DNA from: Candidatus Sulfotelmatobacter sp.
Lineage (GTDB): Bacteria; Patescibacteriota; Saccharimonadia; Saccharimonadales; UBA4665
Length of the DNA stretch: 64,000 nucleotides
Assembly (NCBI GenBank): GCA_035508275.1
Contig: DATJNI010000007.1
Location: forward strand, 60,324 to 124,323
Direction: 5' to 3'
Shown here: in pieces, positions 9,571 through 18,079 of the stretch
Numbering within the stretch: position 1 is the first letter of the stretch
How the letters are laid out: each line of letters begins with the position of its first letter
Notes under the pieces: generated by a model
Database searches by the model: none
Told to the model about the DNA's origin: nothing
The model's input: only the letters and a program-made list of their open reading frames with translations
Translations under genes and position numbers: made by a program

Positions 9571-10770
9571 TTAAGCTCCAGGTTGGTCTGGGTCTGATCC
9601 TTTAGTTACTGGGGGTGTTGGAGGAGGGGTAGGCGGTGTTGGAGGGGTAGGAGGTGTAGGCGGAGTGATTGTGGTTGGTGGAGTGGCCTTACCATGACCA
9701 GGAGTCTTTCCTGGGGCTGGGGTCGCCTCTTTTTGTGGTCCAGAATGTGGTCCAACATTATTACCGCTTAGCGGTCCAGGAAGTGATTCGTGAGTTGGTC
9801 CGCTTGTAATACTGCCGCCACCTGAGGATTGTTCCTCGTTACCACCAGAAGCGTTGGCTGAGCCATGACCCTCAGGTCGAAGTGCTGGCTTAGCTTTCTC
9901 AGGCTTTTTACCAGTGGATTTGTTGGTTAGACCAGCAATTTGCTGAGGTGTTAAACCGGCAATATATACTGTGCCGTTTTCGATACCCTTGCTGCTGTTA
10001 GTAGATATTAGGACTGAAGGATAGTCAGTTTGATTAGAGTCAGAAGACTGTACGGAAAACTCTACGCCAGCGTAAGTTTGACCAGCTTGGACTACAACTT
10101 TTTGGAATCTAATTCCAGTGATATTGTATTGGTCGTTTCTTACGGCAACAGCTTCAACAAGTACCGCACCTTTGTAGGCAAAACCTGGGTTGTAGCTTAC
10201 ATCGTTACTTAAGACACTTAGAGATTTTTGGCAATCTGCTTTAGCATTTGCTTCGTTTTGGCCAGCATCACTAGTGTTGTATCTAGCTAAAGTCTTATTA
10301 AATGAGTCTTCGTAGTCAAAGTTAGTAGATACAGCACCTTCTTGTGTTGCCGGGTTAACTGTTAGGGCCATAATTGCTGACAAGGAATAAGCGTCTGCAC
10401 CATCGCCAGCTAGTGGGCCTTGGTTTCCGAATAAACTCCAGAAGTAGTTTTTAGCGTCAACATCTGATCCGGCTGAGTAATTAGGGAAGAATGCATCCGG
10501 TGTATAGAGGCTCATGTCATTGGCTGATTCACCTAGCGACAAACTTCCACAATTCTCTTTTGCTTGATTTGGGCTAACGCTAGTAGCAATTTCTGATGCC
10601 ACTGGACGTCCCGATGTAGCTTGAGTGCCACAACCTTCTATAACAGCTCCTGCACCAAACATAGCTACGGCTGAGGCAGCTAGTACTGCGCCTCTACTTC
10701 TTAAGTTGGCAAAAATGCTGCTGTGCTCAACTGAATGTCGATCTTGTGCTGGAAAATCTTCTTGTCCCAT
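9571..10770 (-). CDS. secreted protein with Gly/Ser- and Pro-rich C-terminal tail (possible lipoprotein)
   Basis: N-terminal hydrophobic segment ending AVIEGC. C-terminal PPTPPTPPTPPTPPPTPP tail. No anchor motif. Confidence 0.65.
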   Translation of the reverse strand: MGQEDFPAQDRHSVEHSSIFANLRSRGAVLAASAVAMFGAGAVIEGCGTQATSGRPVASEIATSVSPNQAKENCGSLSLGESANDMSLYTPDAFFPNYSAGSDVDAKNYFWSLFGNQGPLAGDGADAYSLSAIMALTVNPATQEGAVSTNFDYEDSFNKTLARYNTSDAGQNEANAKADCQKSLSVLSNDVSYNPGFAYKGAVLVEAVAVRNDQYNITGIRFQKVVVQAGQTYAGVEFSVQSSDSNQTDYPSVLISTNSSKGIENGTVYIAGLTPQQIAGLTNKSTGKKPEKAKPALRPEGHGSANASGGNEEQSSGGGSITSGPTHESLPGPLSGNNVGPHSGPQKEATPAPGKTPGHGKATPPTTITPPTPPTPPTPPTPPPTPPVTKGSDPDQPGA

Positions 10771-10882
10771 TAAATAACTCCTTTAAGGGCTGTTAGTATG
10801 ACCAGGGTTATTTTGACCTCTAGATCTTTTATCTTAATATATCACTCTTTTCATATTTAGTCAACTATATTTTAGATTATGC

Positions 10883-11737
10883 TTATGTATTTTGCCAGTT
10901 CTCTGCCCTCTCTATTGCCTGGGCTATTGAGGCGTCTACTCTGGGCCAATTGACACCATCAGGTGATGATTTATCGAATACAGCCCGAGCAACCGCTATT
11001 TTGGCGGTTAACAGGGAGTCAACAACCCTTTGATCTTCTTTTATAAGTAGCCTGTTGGCCTCGCCACGTTGTCTATCATCGCTTAAGTCGACTTCCCCAA
11101 GGCCTTTGCCGGAACGTATAACTAGTCCTGCTTTAGGGAGTTCAAGATCCCAAGGAGCGTTTGTTTTGATGGCAATCATGGGCTGGTTAGATTTTAGCTT
11201 TTTAGGATCAAGCCTTAGAAAGCTACTAAGAACAATGGTTAGGCCGTCATGGCTTAGGCCCCTGATTAAATCTGCTTGTTCTTCTGGGTCATCAGAATGA
11301 GTTAGAACTTCAAAGTCCTGGTCTCTCGCAGCTGCTGATCCGACAGAGAAGAGTAGGGCTTCGTCCGTCACACCAGGCAGAGACTCTTCTAGAGCTCTGG
11401 CTATTGCGATGTTAAGCCCGTTTCTGGCGGCTCCCAAACCGAATCTTTCGTCTAGGGAAGTTGGTACGCGCTGTTCGGCAACTACTCTAATATCTAGCTG
11501 TCTGGGTGGATGAATAATTGCAACGTGGGGTTCGTCCATTACTATGCTGTCGTAGGAGCTATGGTCAATATTGCTTGGGTCATCTAACTCAGGATCAAAC
11601 GGACGATGGTAAAGAGGAAAGTCAGAAAAACCCACCGAACTTTTGGGATGATCGTGCTCACCCCATAAGATCGGTGAATTAGTGACAAGGTTAGCCAGGG
11701 CGTCTGTGGTAGCCGCTAGTTTAATCTCGCCAGACAT
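10883..11737 (-). CDS. hypothetical protein, possibly divergent DUF58-like partner of the MoxR/VWA pair
   Basis: Starts 1 nt after the upstream ATPase gene ends. The YHRPFDPELDDPSNIDHSS segment loosely resembles the DUF58 R-x-Y-x-x-G-D...IDW motif. The family call is weak. Confidence 0.6.
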   Translation of the reverse strand: MSGEIKLAATTDALANLVTNSPILWGEHDHPKSSVGFSDFPLYHRPFDPELDDPSNIDHSSYDSIVMDEPHVAIIHPPRQLDIRVVAEQRVPTSLDERFGLGAARNGLNIAIARALEESLPGVTDEALLFSVGSAAARDQDFEVLTHSDDPEEQADLIRGLSHDGLTIVLSSFLRLDPKKLKSNQPMIAIKTNAPWDLELPKAGLVIRSGKGLGEVDLSDDRQRGEANRLLIKEDQRVVDSLLTAKIAVARAVFDKSSPDGVNWPRVDASIAQAIERAENWQNT

Positions 11738-11738
11738 A

Positions 11739-12815
11739 TTATTTTCCTGCTTCGCTTATGGCAGTTTCTATGAATTCGTTAAGTTGTCCTTGGTGAAAAT
11801 CTTCTGCATCTATTTTGGGATGGACAAATATCCTAGCGGCAAAGACACCTGGCAAAGCTCGGACTACATCCTCTTTAGCTACCGCCATTTTGCCAGCATG
11901 AATTGCACACTGTGCCCTAGCTCCTAGGCTTAGCTGTTCATACATTCTATGGTCGCCTTCTCGAACGCCGAACTCTCTGGCAAGAACGTCCATAGTAGAG
12001 ATAGTCAGTTCCACTATATGGTCTCTAGCTTCGTCTGGTATAGCCACCTGTCCAATGTGCCTTCCAAACTCGAGAAGTTCTTTTGCAGAGACTACTGGAT
12101 CAACCTTTTTCCAAGCTTCTTTCTTGTCAGTACTTCTATTTAATAGCCTGGCTCTACGAGTAGATTTATCGCCAGTCCCATCTGTTAGACCCATTATGGT
12201 GCCAACAGCCATTCTAGATGCTATTTGAGGAGGAATTGTATGGGTTCCATCCCTTCTGTTTATGGTGTTGGCTGAGGCAACAACCCAATGAATACCTGGC
12301 ATATCTTGTATTTCACCACGTCTTTCTACCGTTCCATTGGCCATTAACGACATTGCCGATCTTAGGGCTGCAGGGTTGGCGGCAGTCATTTCTTCGAAGT
12401 GGATGCCGCGAGTTTTATTTGTAAATATGCCCGCAATTTCTTGAGTAATTTCTTCTTCTGTTCTTTCTATATCGCTTTTGGTAGTCTTTTTCTGAGTGTA
12501 TGTGTCGCCTTTGATTGCCCTTGCGCTAAGATCATGGTCGCCTGGGATAAAGGCTACTGTTTCGTTAGTATAGCCAACGCCTTCAATTGCCTGGAAGTAG
12601 GCTCTAGATAACAAGGTCTTACCCGTGGCTGCTCTACCGCCCAGACCAAAAGGGGTCTGTGTCATTAGGGAAACTATTGCAGCGTCGACAGCTGGATCTT
12701 CGTGAGATACGACACTGCCCAAAGCTTCTCGAATATTTTCTGCAGCCTTAACGAGATCTGCTGCAACAGCGTCTCTAGAGGCTGATACTTCTCTTAAGTG
12801 TGATGGTTGTTCCAT
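11739..12815 (-). CDS. divergent MoxR-like AAA+ ATPase
   Basis: Walker A GRAATGKT. IHFEEM at the Walker B position. ANPAALRSAMSLMANGTVERRG and VVASAN resemble the MoxR LLeamEe...v and ATqNP blocks. Confidence 0.7.
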   Translation of the reverse strand: MEQPSHLREVSASRDAVAADLVKAAENIREALGSVVSHEDPAVDAAIVSLMTQTPFGLGGRAATGKTLLSRAYFQAIEGVGYTNETVAFIPGDHDLSARAIKGDTYTQKKTTKSDIERTEEEITQEIAGIFTNKTRGIHFEEMTAANPAALRSAMSLMANGTVERRGEIQDMPGIHWVVASANTINRRDGTHTIPPQIASRMAVGTIMGLTDGTGDKSTRRARLLNRSTDKKEAWKKVDPVVSAKELLEFGRHIGQVAIPDEARDHIVELTISTMDVLAREFGVREGDHRMYEQLSLGARAQCAIHAGKMAVAKEDVVRALPGVFAARIFVHPKIDAEDFHQGQLNEFIETAISEAGK

Positions 12816-12817
12816 GA

Positions 12818-13774
12818 TTATCCTCTCATTCCTTTCCCTGTTGTGAACCTGCGTCTGTTGGCTAGGATCAAAGATCCTGTACCAAACAAAATGGCTGCAA
12901 GTCCTTTCATAATTAATGAAGTTTCACTTGATATACCCATCTCATCGGTGGTAGTTGGTTGGTTGACTCGCTCAGCAATTAGGTTCATGCCGCCAGTGGT
13001 ACGACTAAAGTACTGTCCACCAGTAGAGCTTGCAAGACCTTGGAAACTATCTACTAACTGTTTTGGGGTACCGCGCGGATCCAGGTTAACTACGCTGACT
13101 TTGGTTTTCTGCTGGTTGGCAGCTTGGGCCAAGCTAGCAGTATCTCCCAGGCTATCGCCATTAGTTATTACCAGTATCTCGCCCGCTGTATTTGTTGAGC
13201 TTTTGGCTTGCTTATCTAGTAAGTCTTGGGCGGTTGCGATACCACCGTTCATATCTGCAGCACCAAGCGGCTCACCGACAGCTGTATTTACAAACTTAGC
13301 AAACTCTCTTGCTGTAGTGATTTGCTGGTTGTCTGAGTGAACTCCGCTTAGGTTTTCATCTACTACGGTTGGGTTAGTCTTAGAGAAGTCGCTTATGATA
13401 GACACCTCTTGAGGTAGTACACTTTGAACATCTGCGGCACCATCAGCTACAATTTCTAGACCCTCGGGATTAGTGTGAGACGATTCTCCTGTGAATGAGT
13501 AGGCAAAGAGACTGCCGCTTACTGCGAAAGACAAGATAACGGCACCTTTAACTGAGTACCTGCCAAGGAAGGCTCTAGCCCTTTCATAAGCACTTCGCTC
13601 ATCTTGGTTTTCCTTTTCGTCTTCATTTTGTTCGTGAGACAGTGCACTAGCAAGTACTGGCAAGTGTTCTTCTTCTACCACTCTACTTTGCCTTTCAATG
13701 GCAAAACGATCAGCTACAGCGCCTACGGTGGCGCCAGCAGCAAAACCGACAGCGAGTGCAATCTCTGAATCCAT
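12818..13774 (-). CDS. membrane-anchored von Willebrand factor A (VWA)-like protein with degenerate MIDAS
   Basis: N-terminal hydrophobic helices. LEIVADGAADVQ at the DxSxS position. ILVITNGDS, VSVVNLDPRG and GGQYF blocks typical of VWA. C-terminal TM plus ANRRRF tail. Confidence 0.65.
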   Translation of the reverse strand: MDSEIALAVGFAAGATVGAVADRFAIERQSRVVEEEHLPVLASALSHEQNEDEKENQDERSAYERARAFLGRYSVKGAVILSFAVSGSLFAYSFTGESSHTNPEGLEIVADGAADVQSVLPQEVSIISDFSKTNPTVVDENLSGVHSDNQQITTAREFAKFVNTAVGEPLGAADMNGGIATAQDLLDKQAKSSTNTAGEILVITNGDSLGDTASLAQAANQQKTKVSVVNLDPRGTPKQLVDSFQGLASSTGGQYFSRTTGGMNLIAERVNQPTTTDEMGISSETSLIMKGLAAILFGTGSLILANRRRFTTGKGMRG

Positions 13775-13829
13775 ATACGATTATTTTACACTATTTTAGC
13801 TAAATAGTCAAAGGTTGTTTATAAGAAAC

Positions 13830-14786
13830 TTATTTGTCTCTTTTGGAGTTAGCTTCTATACGCTCTTTGGCGAATTTTCGTCTCAGTACCAACTGATAAA
13901 TAACTATTCCAGAGGCTGCGGCGCCAATGAAAACTAGGGCAACATCGCCTGGTCCGGTGTTAACTAGACTGGAAGTAGTTGAAGATGGGGTAACAGTTGC
14001 TTGGACAGCCGGAGTTGAGGCTGTTTGTTGGGGAGGGGCTTGGGTAGTGGTGTTCTGGACGACGGTAGTATTAGTTGAGCAATTGCCGCCGCTAGCATTA
14101 TTGGTATTGGACGAGTTGGTTGTGTTGCCGTTGCAGTTGCTTATGGTAGTGGCTGCTGGAGTGGTCGTCTTAGTTGGTACCGGTTTAGGAGGAACGGGCT
14201 TAGGTGGGACAGGTGGTGGAGAAATTGGTCTTGCAGATATTGGGTTGCCGCAGCTGGAGAGAATAGCGAAGTCAAAGCGACCGTTTATAGTTACAACGTA
14301 AGCGTAAAGAGCATTATTTAGGAAAGATATTGACGGAGGTCTAGTGTAGAAGGTGGTGCCGTCAAAGTTAACAGTGGAGCTGCCGCTTATATACTGTCTG
14401 CCGCCCGTTAAAGCACCTGTAGCTATTACTCCACCGGTCGAGTTTAGGACATCACCAGATTTAGTCACTTCGCCAGCTTGGACATGAGCCACGCTACTAT
14501 TCATAAGTTCAATATCTGAGTAATTTATACCGAAGTAGTTATATATATTATGGATACTGGCAGCCGAGTTAACTCCGTCGCCGTTATTGTACTTGCCTAT
14601 AAGGTTGTCTACGGAGCTGGCGCCACAGTAAAGGACTGCGTTAGCGTCACAGTTATATGGTCCACCTATACCAATATTTTGAGCATGTACTGAGTCCAGT
14701 TTAATTAGGAAAAGTGCCAACAGAATAGTCAGTGCTGCAGCGAACATCCAGTTGCGGTTTTTGAGGTTGTAGGTCAAACTCAACAC
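13830..14786 (-). CDS. secreted cell-surface protein with C-terminal LVNTGPGD sorting-type signal
   Basis: Signal peptide. Linker PPPVPPKPVPPKPVPTKTTTP. LVNTGPGD (coded at 13944-13967) followed by a TM helix and RRKFAKER tail. Confidence 0.8.
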   Translation of the reverse strand: MLSLTYNLKNRNWMFAAALTILLALFLIKLDSVHAQNIGIGGPYNCDANAVLYCGASSVDNLIGKYNNGDGVNSAASIHNIYNYFGINYSDIELMNSSVAHVQAGEVTKSGDVLNSTGGVIATGALTGGRQYISGSSTVNFDGTTFYTRPPSISFLNNALYAYVVTINGRFDFAILSSCGNPISARPISPPPVPPKPVPPKPVPTKTTTPAATTISNCNGNTTNSSNTNNASGGNCSTNTTVVQNTTTQAPPQQTASTPAVQATVTPSSTTSSLVNTGPGDVALVFIGAAASGIVIYQLVLRRKFAKERIEANSKRDK

Positions 14787-14870
14787 AAATATCCTCCCTC
14801 CGGGTTTCTGCTCTTCAAACTATACCTTGATAAACGGACTGTCTGTGGATTTTATTACATATTTTTTACG

Positions 14871-17159
14871 CTAGGAGTGAGCAGCGTGAAGTTCTTTAGC
14901 TGGAGCTGCTTTTTTGTCGCCCGGTTTTACGGCTAGCTTTTCTTTGGAGAAGTTAAAGCCAAAGGTACTGCCCTTGCCTTCTTGGCTCTCAAATATTAGT
15001 GATCCACCTTGGGCAACAACTACTTTTTTGGCCATATATAAGCCTAGTCCGGTGCCATCCGGTCTGACTTTTCTAGCATTGCCAGCCCGGTAAAACTTGT
15101 TGAAAAGATGATGTTTTTCACTGTTAGGTACCCCTATGCCATCATCTGTGACAGTTAGTTCAATGCTGGTGTCTTTGTTTTTTAGGTTGACGTTTATGTG
15201 ACCATTCTTGGGTGTGTAGTAGATGGCGTTGTCTACAAAGTTCATAACTACCTGACGTATTTTGGTTTCGTCCATCATAAGGTCTGGAAATTCTTTAGGT
15301 CTGTTATACGTTAGATGGACATTATGTGACATCGCAGTGTCTTCTAGCTGCTGCATTTCTTGTTCGACTAGTTGAGCTAAGTTCACCTTAGTGTTTTCAA
15401 TGGAGAATTTGCCGGTTTTTAGTCGCGAAACGTTTAGCATGTCGGCAATCAGGTAAACCATTTTTTGGGAGGAGAAGAAGGCCTGGCCTATCATATCCTT
15501 TTGGGTGTGGGTTACTTTGCCAGCGTCACCTTCAAGAATCATGGAGAGATAGCCTTTTATGCTTGTTAGGGGTGTTCTTAGTTGGTGAGAGGCCATGCTG
15601 ATGAAGTCGTCTTTAGTTTCATCTAGAACCTTAAGGCGTTCGTTAGCCTTACGCAGCTTGTAAGTAGCTTCGTTGACTTTTTGTTGAAGTGTCACATTAA
15701 AGGCCTGAATTTCCTCGAATCGTAATGCGTTTTGTATGGCGATTACTAACTCATTGGCTAGTATCTCTATGACTTTTATGTCCGTATTGTTATAGATGTT
15801 TCCGCTCTTTTTATACCCAAAAATCATATAGTTTTTATGAGCTGTGGCAGAATGCTCCTTCGATTGAAGTCTTATTGCTATCGCGACCCGATTATTACGC
15901 AGAGTCTTTTTTAGGTCCGTTTCACCCTCTTCTAGGTTGTCGTAAACAATCATGCTTTCATCCTGTTTGTCTAAAATTTTATATAGCGACTTAAAGTCAT
16001 CTGCTTTCAAATCCTTCGAGCCTGTTACCCTTATAGTGTCCGTGCCTTCGTCCCTAATAATAAAAGCTGCTCTTTCGCACTTGATGTAGTCCTCTATAAC
16101 CATGGCGGAGCGTCTGAGTAGAATACCAAGTTCTATATTGTCTATTATTGTTTTATTCAGTTCATCTAAAAAGGCTTGGGTATCGTAAGCGTCCCTATAG
16201 AAAATCTTCCTGGTAAAAACGTCGAAGTAGTGTTTTATTGCGGGGTAAAAAAGTGCTAGTACGATCGCTAAAGCTGTATAGATAATTCTGGCTTGAGAGT
16301 CGTTCAGGTTCTTAAAGGCGTAATTAGTAATACTTGAGGCAATAAGAGTGAATGCTCCAGCTAAAGTAGCGAGAGCAAGTAAGTAGGCTATGGATCTAGC
16401 AATGATTAATCTAATGTCAAACAGTCTATGGCGGACAATAGCGTATGCCACCATGCCAGACAAAATCAGGGTAAACGCAGGACCAAGTCTAGAACTTGAC
16501 CAGTTATTAATAACTAGGGGCAATAAAACATTTGAGATAACAGCGAGCACAGCATATAAAATGATGCCCCAGGAAACTATGGATACTTGTCGTTTCTGTG
16601 AAACTAGGTGAGTTTCTTTTCTCTTCTTAAATATAATGACAAGCAATAATGCCAAGGAGTATGCCACGTAGAAAACGAACAGCCAGTAGATAAACGAAGT
16701 AGTGACCGTTGAGCTGCTACCCGAAATAGTAACAGACTGTATAACCTCTGGGGTTAAACTTAAGGGTATGAGAACAATAGTCAGACTTGTGTGAAATAAA
16801 AGAAAAAATCTTCTTTTAAAGTGAGTTGGTGTAGGAAAGTTATTCACGAAATTTAACACACAGTAGATAGCAACAATCCCCGTTAGAATTGTTAGTCTAG
16901 TGTAAAAAAGCACATTCGTGTTCACATGATCGGACAGGTAGTTTGCTATAGACCAAGACACTAGTGCCAGGGACATGTACGCAAAGTTTCTGTTTATTGC
17001 TTGGGAAGGATTACGTACTACAATTAGCAAACCAAGGGTAGTAATGGCTATACTACAAATTATAAGAATCAGTAGATCTGGTAACACCTTTGATAGCCCA
17101 TCTATTTCTTGTTGAAAGCTTAACCCCTTTATAATAACAGTTACGCTTAATAAAGACAT
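14871..17159 (-). CDS. sensor histidine kinase with multi-TM N-terminal sensor domain
   Basis: About 7 hydrophobic helices in the first ~310 aa. H-box SHQLRTPLTSIKGY. N-box MNFVDNAIYYT. G-boxes DDGIGV and GTGLGLYMAKK. Confidence 0.9.
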   Translation of the reverse strand: MSLLSVTVIIKGLSFQQEIDGLSKVLPDLLILIICSIAITTLGLLIVVRNPSQAINRNFAYMSLALVSWSIANYLSDHVNTNVLFYTRLTILTGIVAIYCVLNFVNNFPTPTHFKRRFFLLFHTSLTIVLIPLSLTPEVIQSVTISGSSSTVTTSFIYWLFVFYVAYSLALLLVIIFKKRKETHLVSQKRQVSIVSWGIILYAVLAVISNVLLPLVINNWSSSRLGPAFTLILSGMVAYAIVRHRLFDIRLIIARSIAYLLALATLAGAFTLIASSITNYAFKNLNDSQARIIYTALAIVLALFYPAIKHYFDVFTRKIFYRDAYDTQAFLDELNKTIIDNIELGILLRRSAMVIEDYIKCERAAFIIRDEGTDTIRVTGSKDLKADDFKSLYKILDKQDESMIVYDNLEEGETDLKKTLRNNRVAIAIRLQSKEHSATAHKNYMIFGYKKSGNIYNNTDIKVIEILANELVIAIQNALRFEEIQAFNVTLQQKVNEATYKLRKANERLKVLDETKDDFISMASHQLRTPLTSIKGYLSMILEGDAGKVTHTQKDMIGQAFFSSQKMVYLIADMLNVSRLKTGKFSIENTKVNLAQLVEQEMQQLEDTAMSHNVHLTYNRPKEFPDLMMDETKIRQVVMNFVDNAIYYTPKNGHINVNLKNKDTSIELTVTDDGIGVPNSEKHHLFNKFYRAGNARKVRPDGTGLGLYMAKKVVVAQGGSLIFESQEGKGSTFGFNFSKEKLAVKPGDKKAAPAKELHAAHS

Positions 17160-17182
17160 TACTTTTTGCTATTATTAGGTAA

Positions 17183-18079
17183 ATGTTACAAAAATATCCT
17201 TTATTCTCTCGGTTAACGATTGAGGATAAAAAATCAATAGAAAAAATTGTAGAAAAGTTTGATCCATACTCTGATTTTAATTTCACGAGCTTGTTTTCCT
17301 GGGATGACGGGACAACTGAAATCTCACTGCTATACGACAATCTGATTATTAAAATGTCTGATTACAGCAGTAGTAAGACGATATATACACTTATAGGCCA
17401 GGATAAAATTGACGAGACATTGCTAAGTCTGTTTGGCAGGACAAATAAAGTTGATCTGGTTCCTGAGGTAGTTATAAAGAATATAAATAAACCTGATTTA
17501 TTTGCTATTAAAGAAGATAGAGATCAGTTTGACTATGTATATAACATACCCGAGCAGATAAATTTGACTGGTGGTGCATTTAAATTGAAGAGAAATAAAT
17601 TAAATCACTTCATGAAAAACCAAAGCGGCGACATGGCAGTTAAAAAAATAGACTTTAGGTCTAAGTCTATTAGGTCAGACGTGATGAGTATATTAAAGCA
17701 ATGGACTACGGAGAGAGAAGTACAAGGTAAAGAAAGTGCCAGAGAGTTAGAAGCAATAAGAAGGCTCTTTGACTACAGCCAAAGTCTTAATTTGTCTGGT
17801 GTGATTCTATATATAGAGGGTGCCGCGGTCGGTTTCTCAATTAACGAAGCTGTTCAAAAAGACTATGCCATATGCCACTTCCAAAAAGCCCTTTACGTTT
17901 TTAAGCACATTGATGTGTTTCTCTCCAACATAACCGCGAAAGAAATGAAGCATTTTGGTTGTAAGCATATAAATTGGGAGCAAGATTTGGGTATGCCTGG
18001 CTTAAGGAGACTAAAAGAGTCATACAAGCCCGACTTTTATCTCAAAAAATATACAATAGAAAAGCAGACACCTACTTAG
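17183..18079 (+). CDS. DUF2156-type protein (MprF C-terminal-like, GNAT-fold aminoacyl-transferase-like domain)
   Basis: The N-terminal pattern LTIEDKKSIEKIVEKFDPYSDFNFTSLFSWD is characteristic of DUF2156 as I know it; 298 aa. Confidence 0.6.
   Translation: MLQKYPLFSRLTIEDKKSIEKIVEKFDPYSDFNFTSLFSWDDGTTEISLLYDNLIIKMSDYSSSKTIYTLIGQDKIDETLLSLFGRTNKVDLVPEVVIKNINKPDLFAIKEDRDQFDYVYNIPEQINLTGGAFKLKRNKLNHFMKNQSGDMAVKKIDFRSKSIRSDVMSILKQWTTEREVQGKESARELEAIRRLFDYSQSLNLSGVILYIEGAAVGFSINEAVQKDYAICHFQKALYVFKHIDVFLSNITAKEMKHFGCKHINWEQDLGMPGLRRLKESYKPDFYLKKYTIEKQTPT

Noticed and set aside
8726-9690. Short tandem DNA repeats considered as CRISPR or satellite arrays
   Set aside because: They are in-frame Pro/Thr codon repeats inside long ORFs, with no spacer-repeat periodicity of 25-40 nt. 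No CRISPR array is visible anywhere in the window.
12807-14301. Plus-strand ORFs 12807-13340 (177 aa) and 13927-14301 (124 aa)
   Set aside because: They are antisense to the VWA and surface-protein genes, which have clear domain and signal features. The Gly/Val/Leu-rich sequences are typical of shadows of Pro/Thr-rich coding regions.
17053-17340. 95-aa minus-strand ORF spanning the kinase/DUF2156 divergent region
   Set aside because: It overlaps the starts of two well-supported genes and is out of frame with the kinase. It is a likely artefact of AT-rich sequence.
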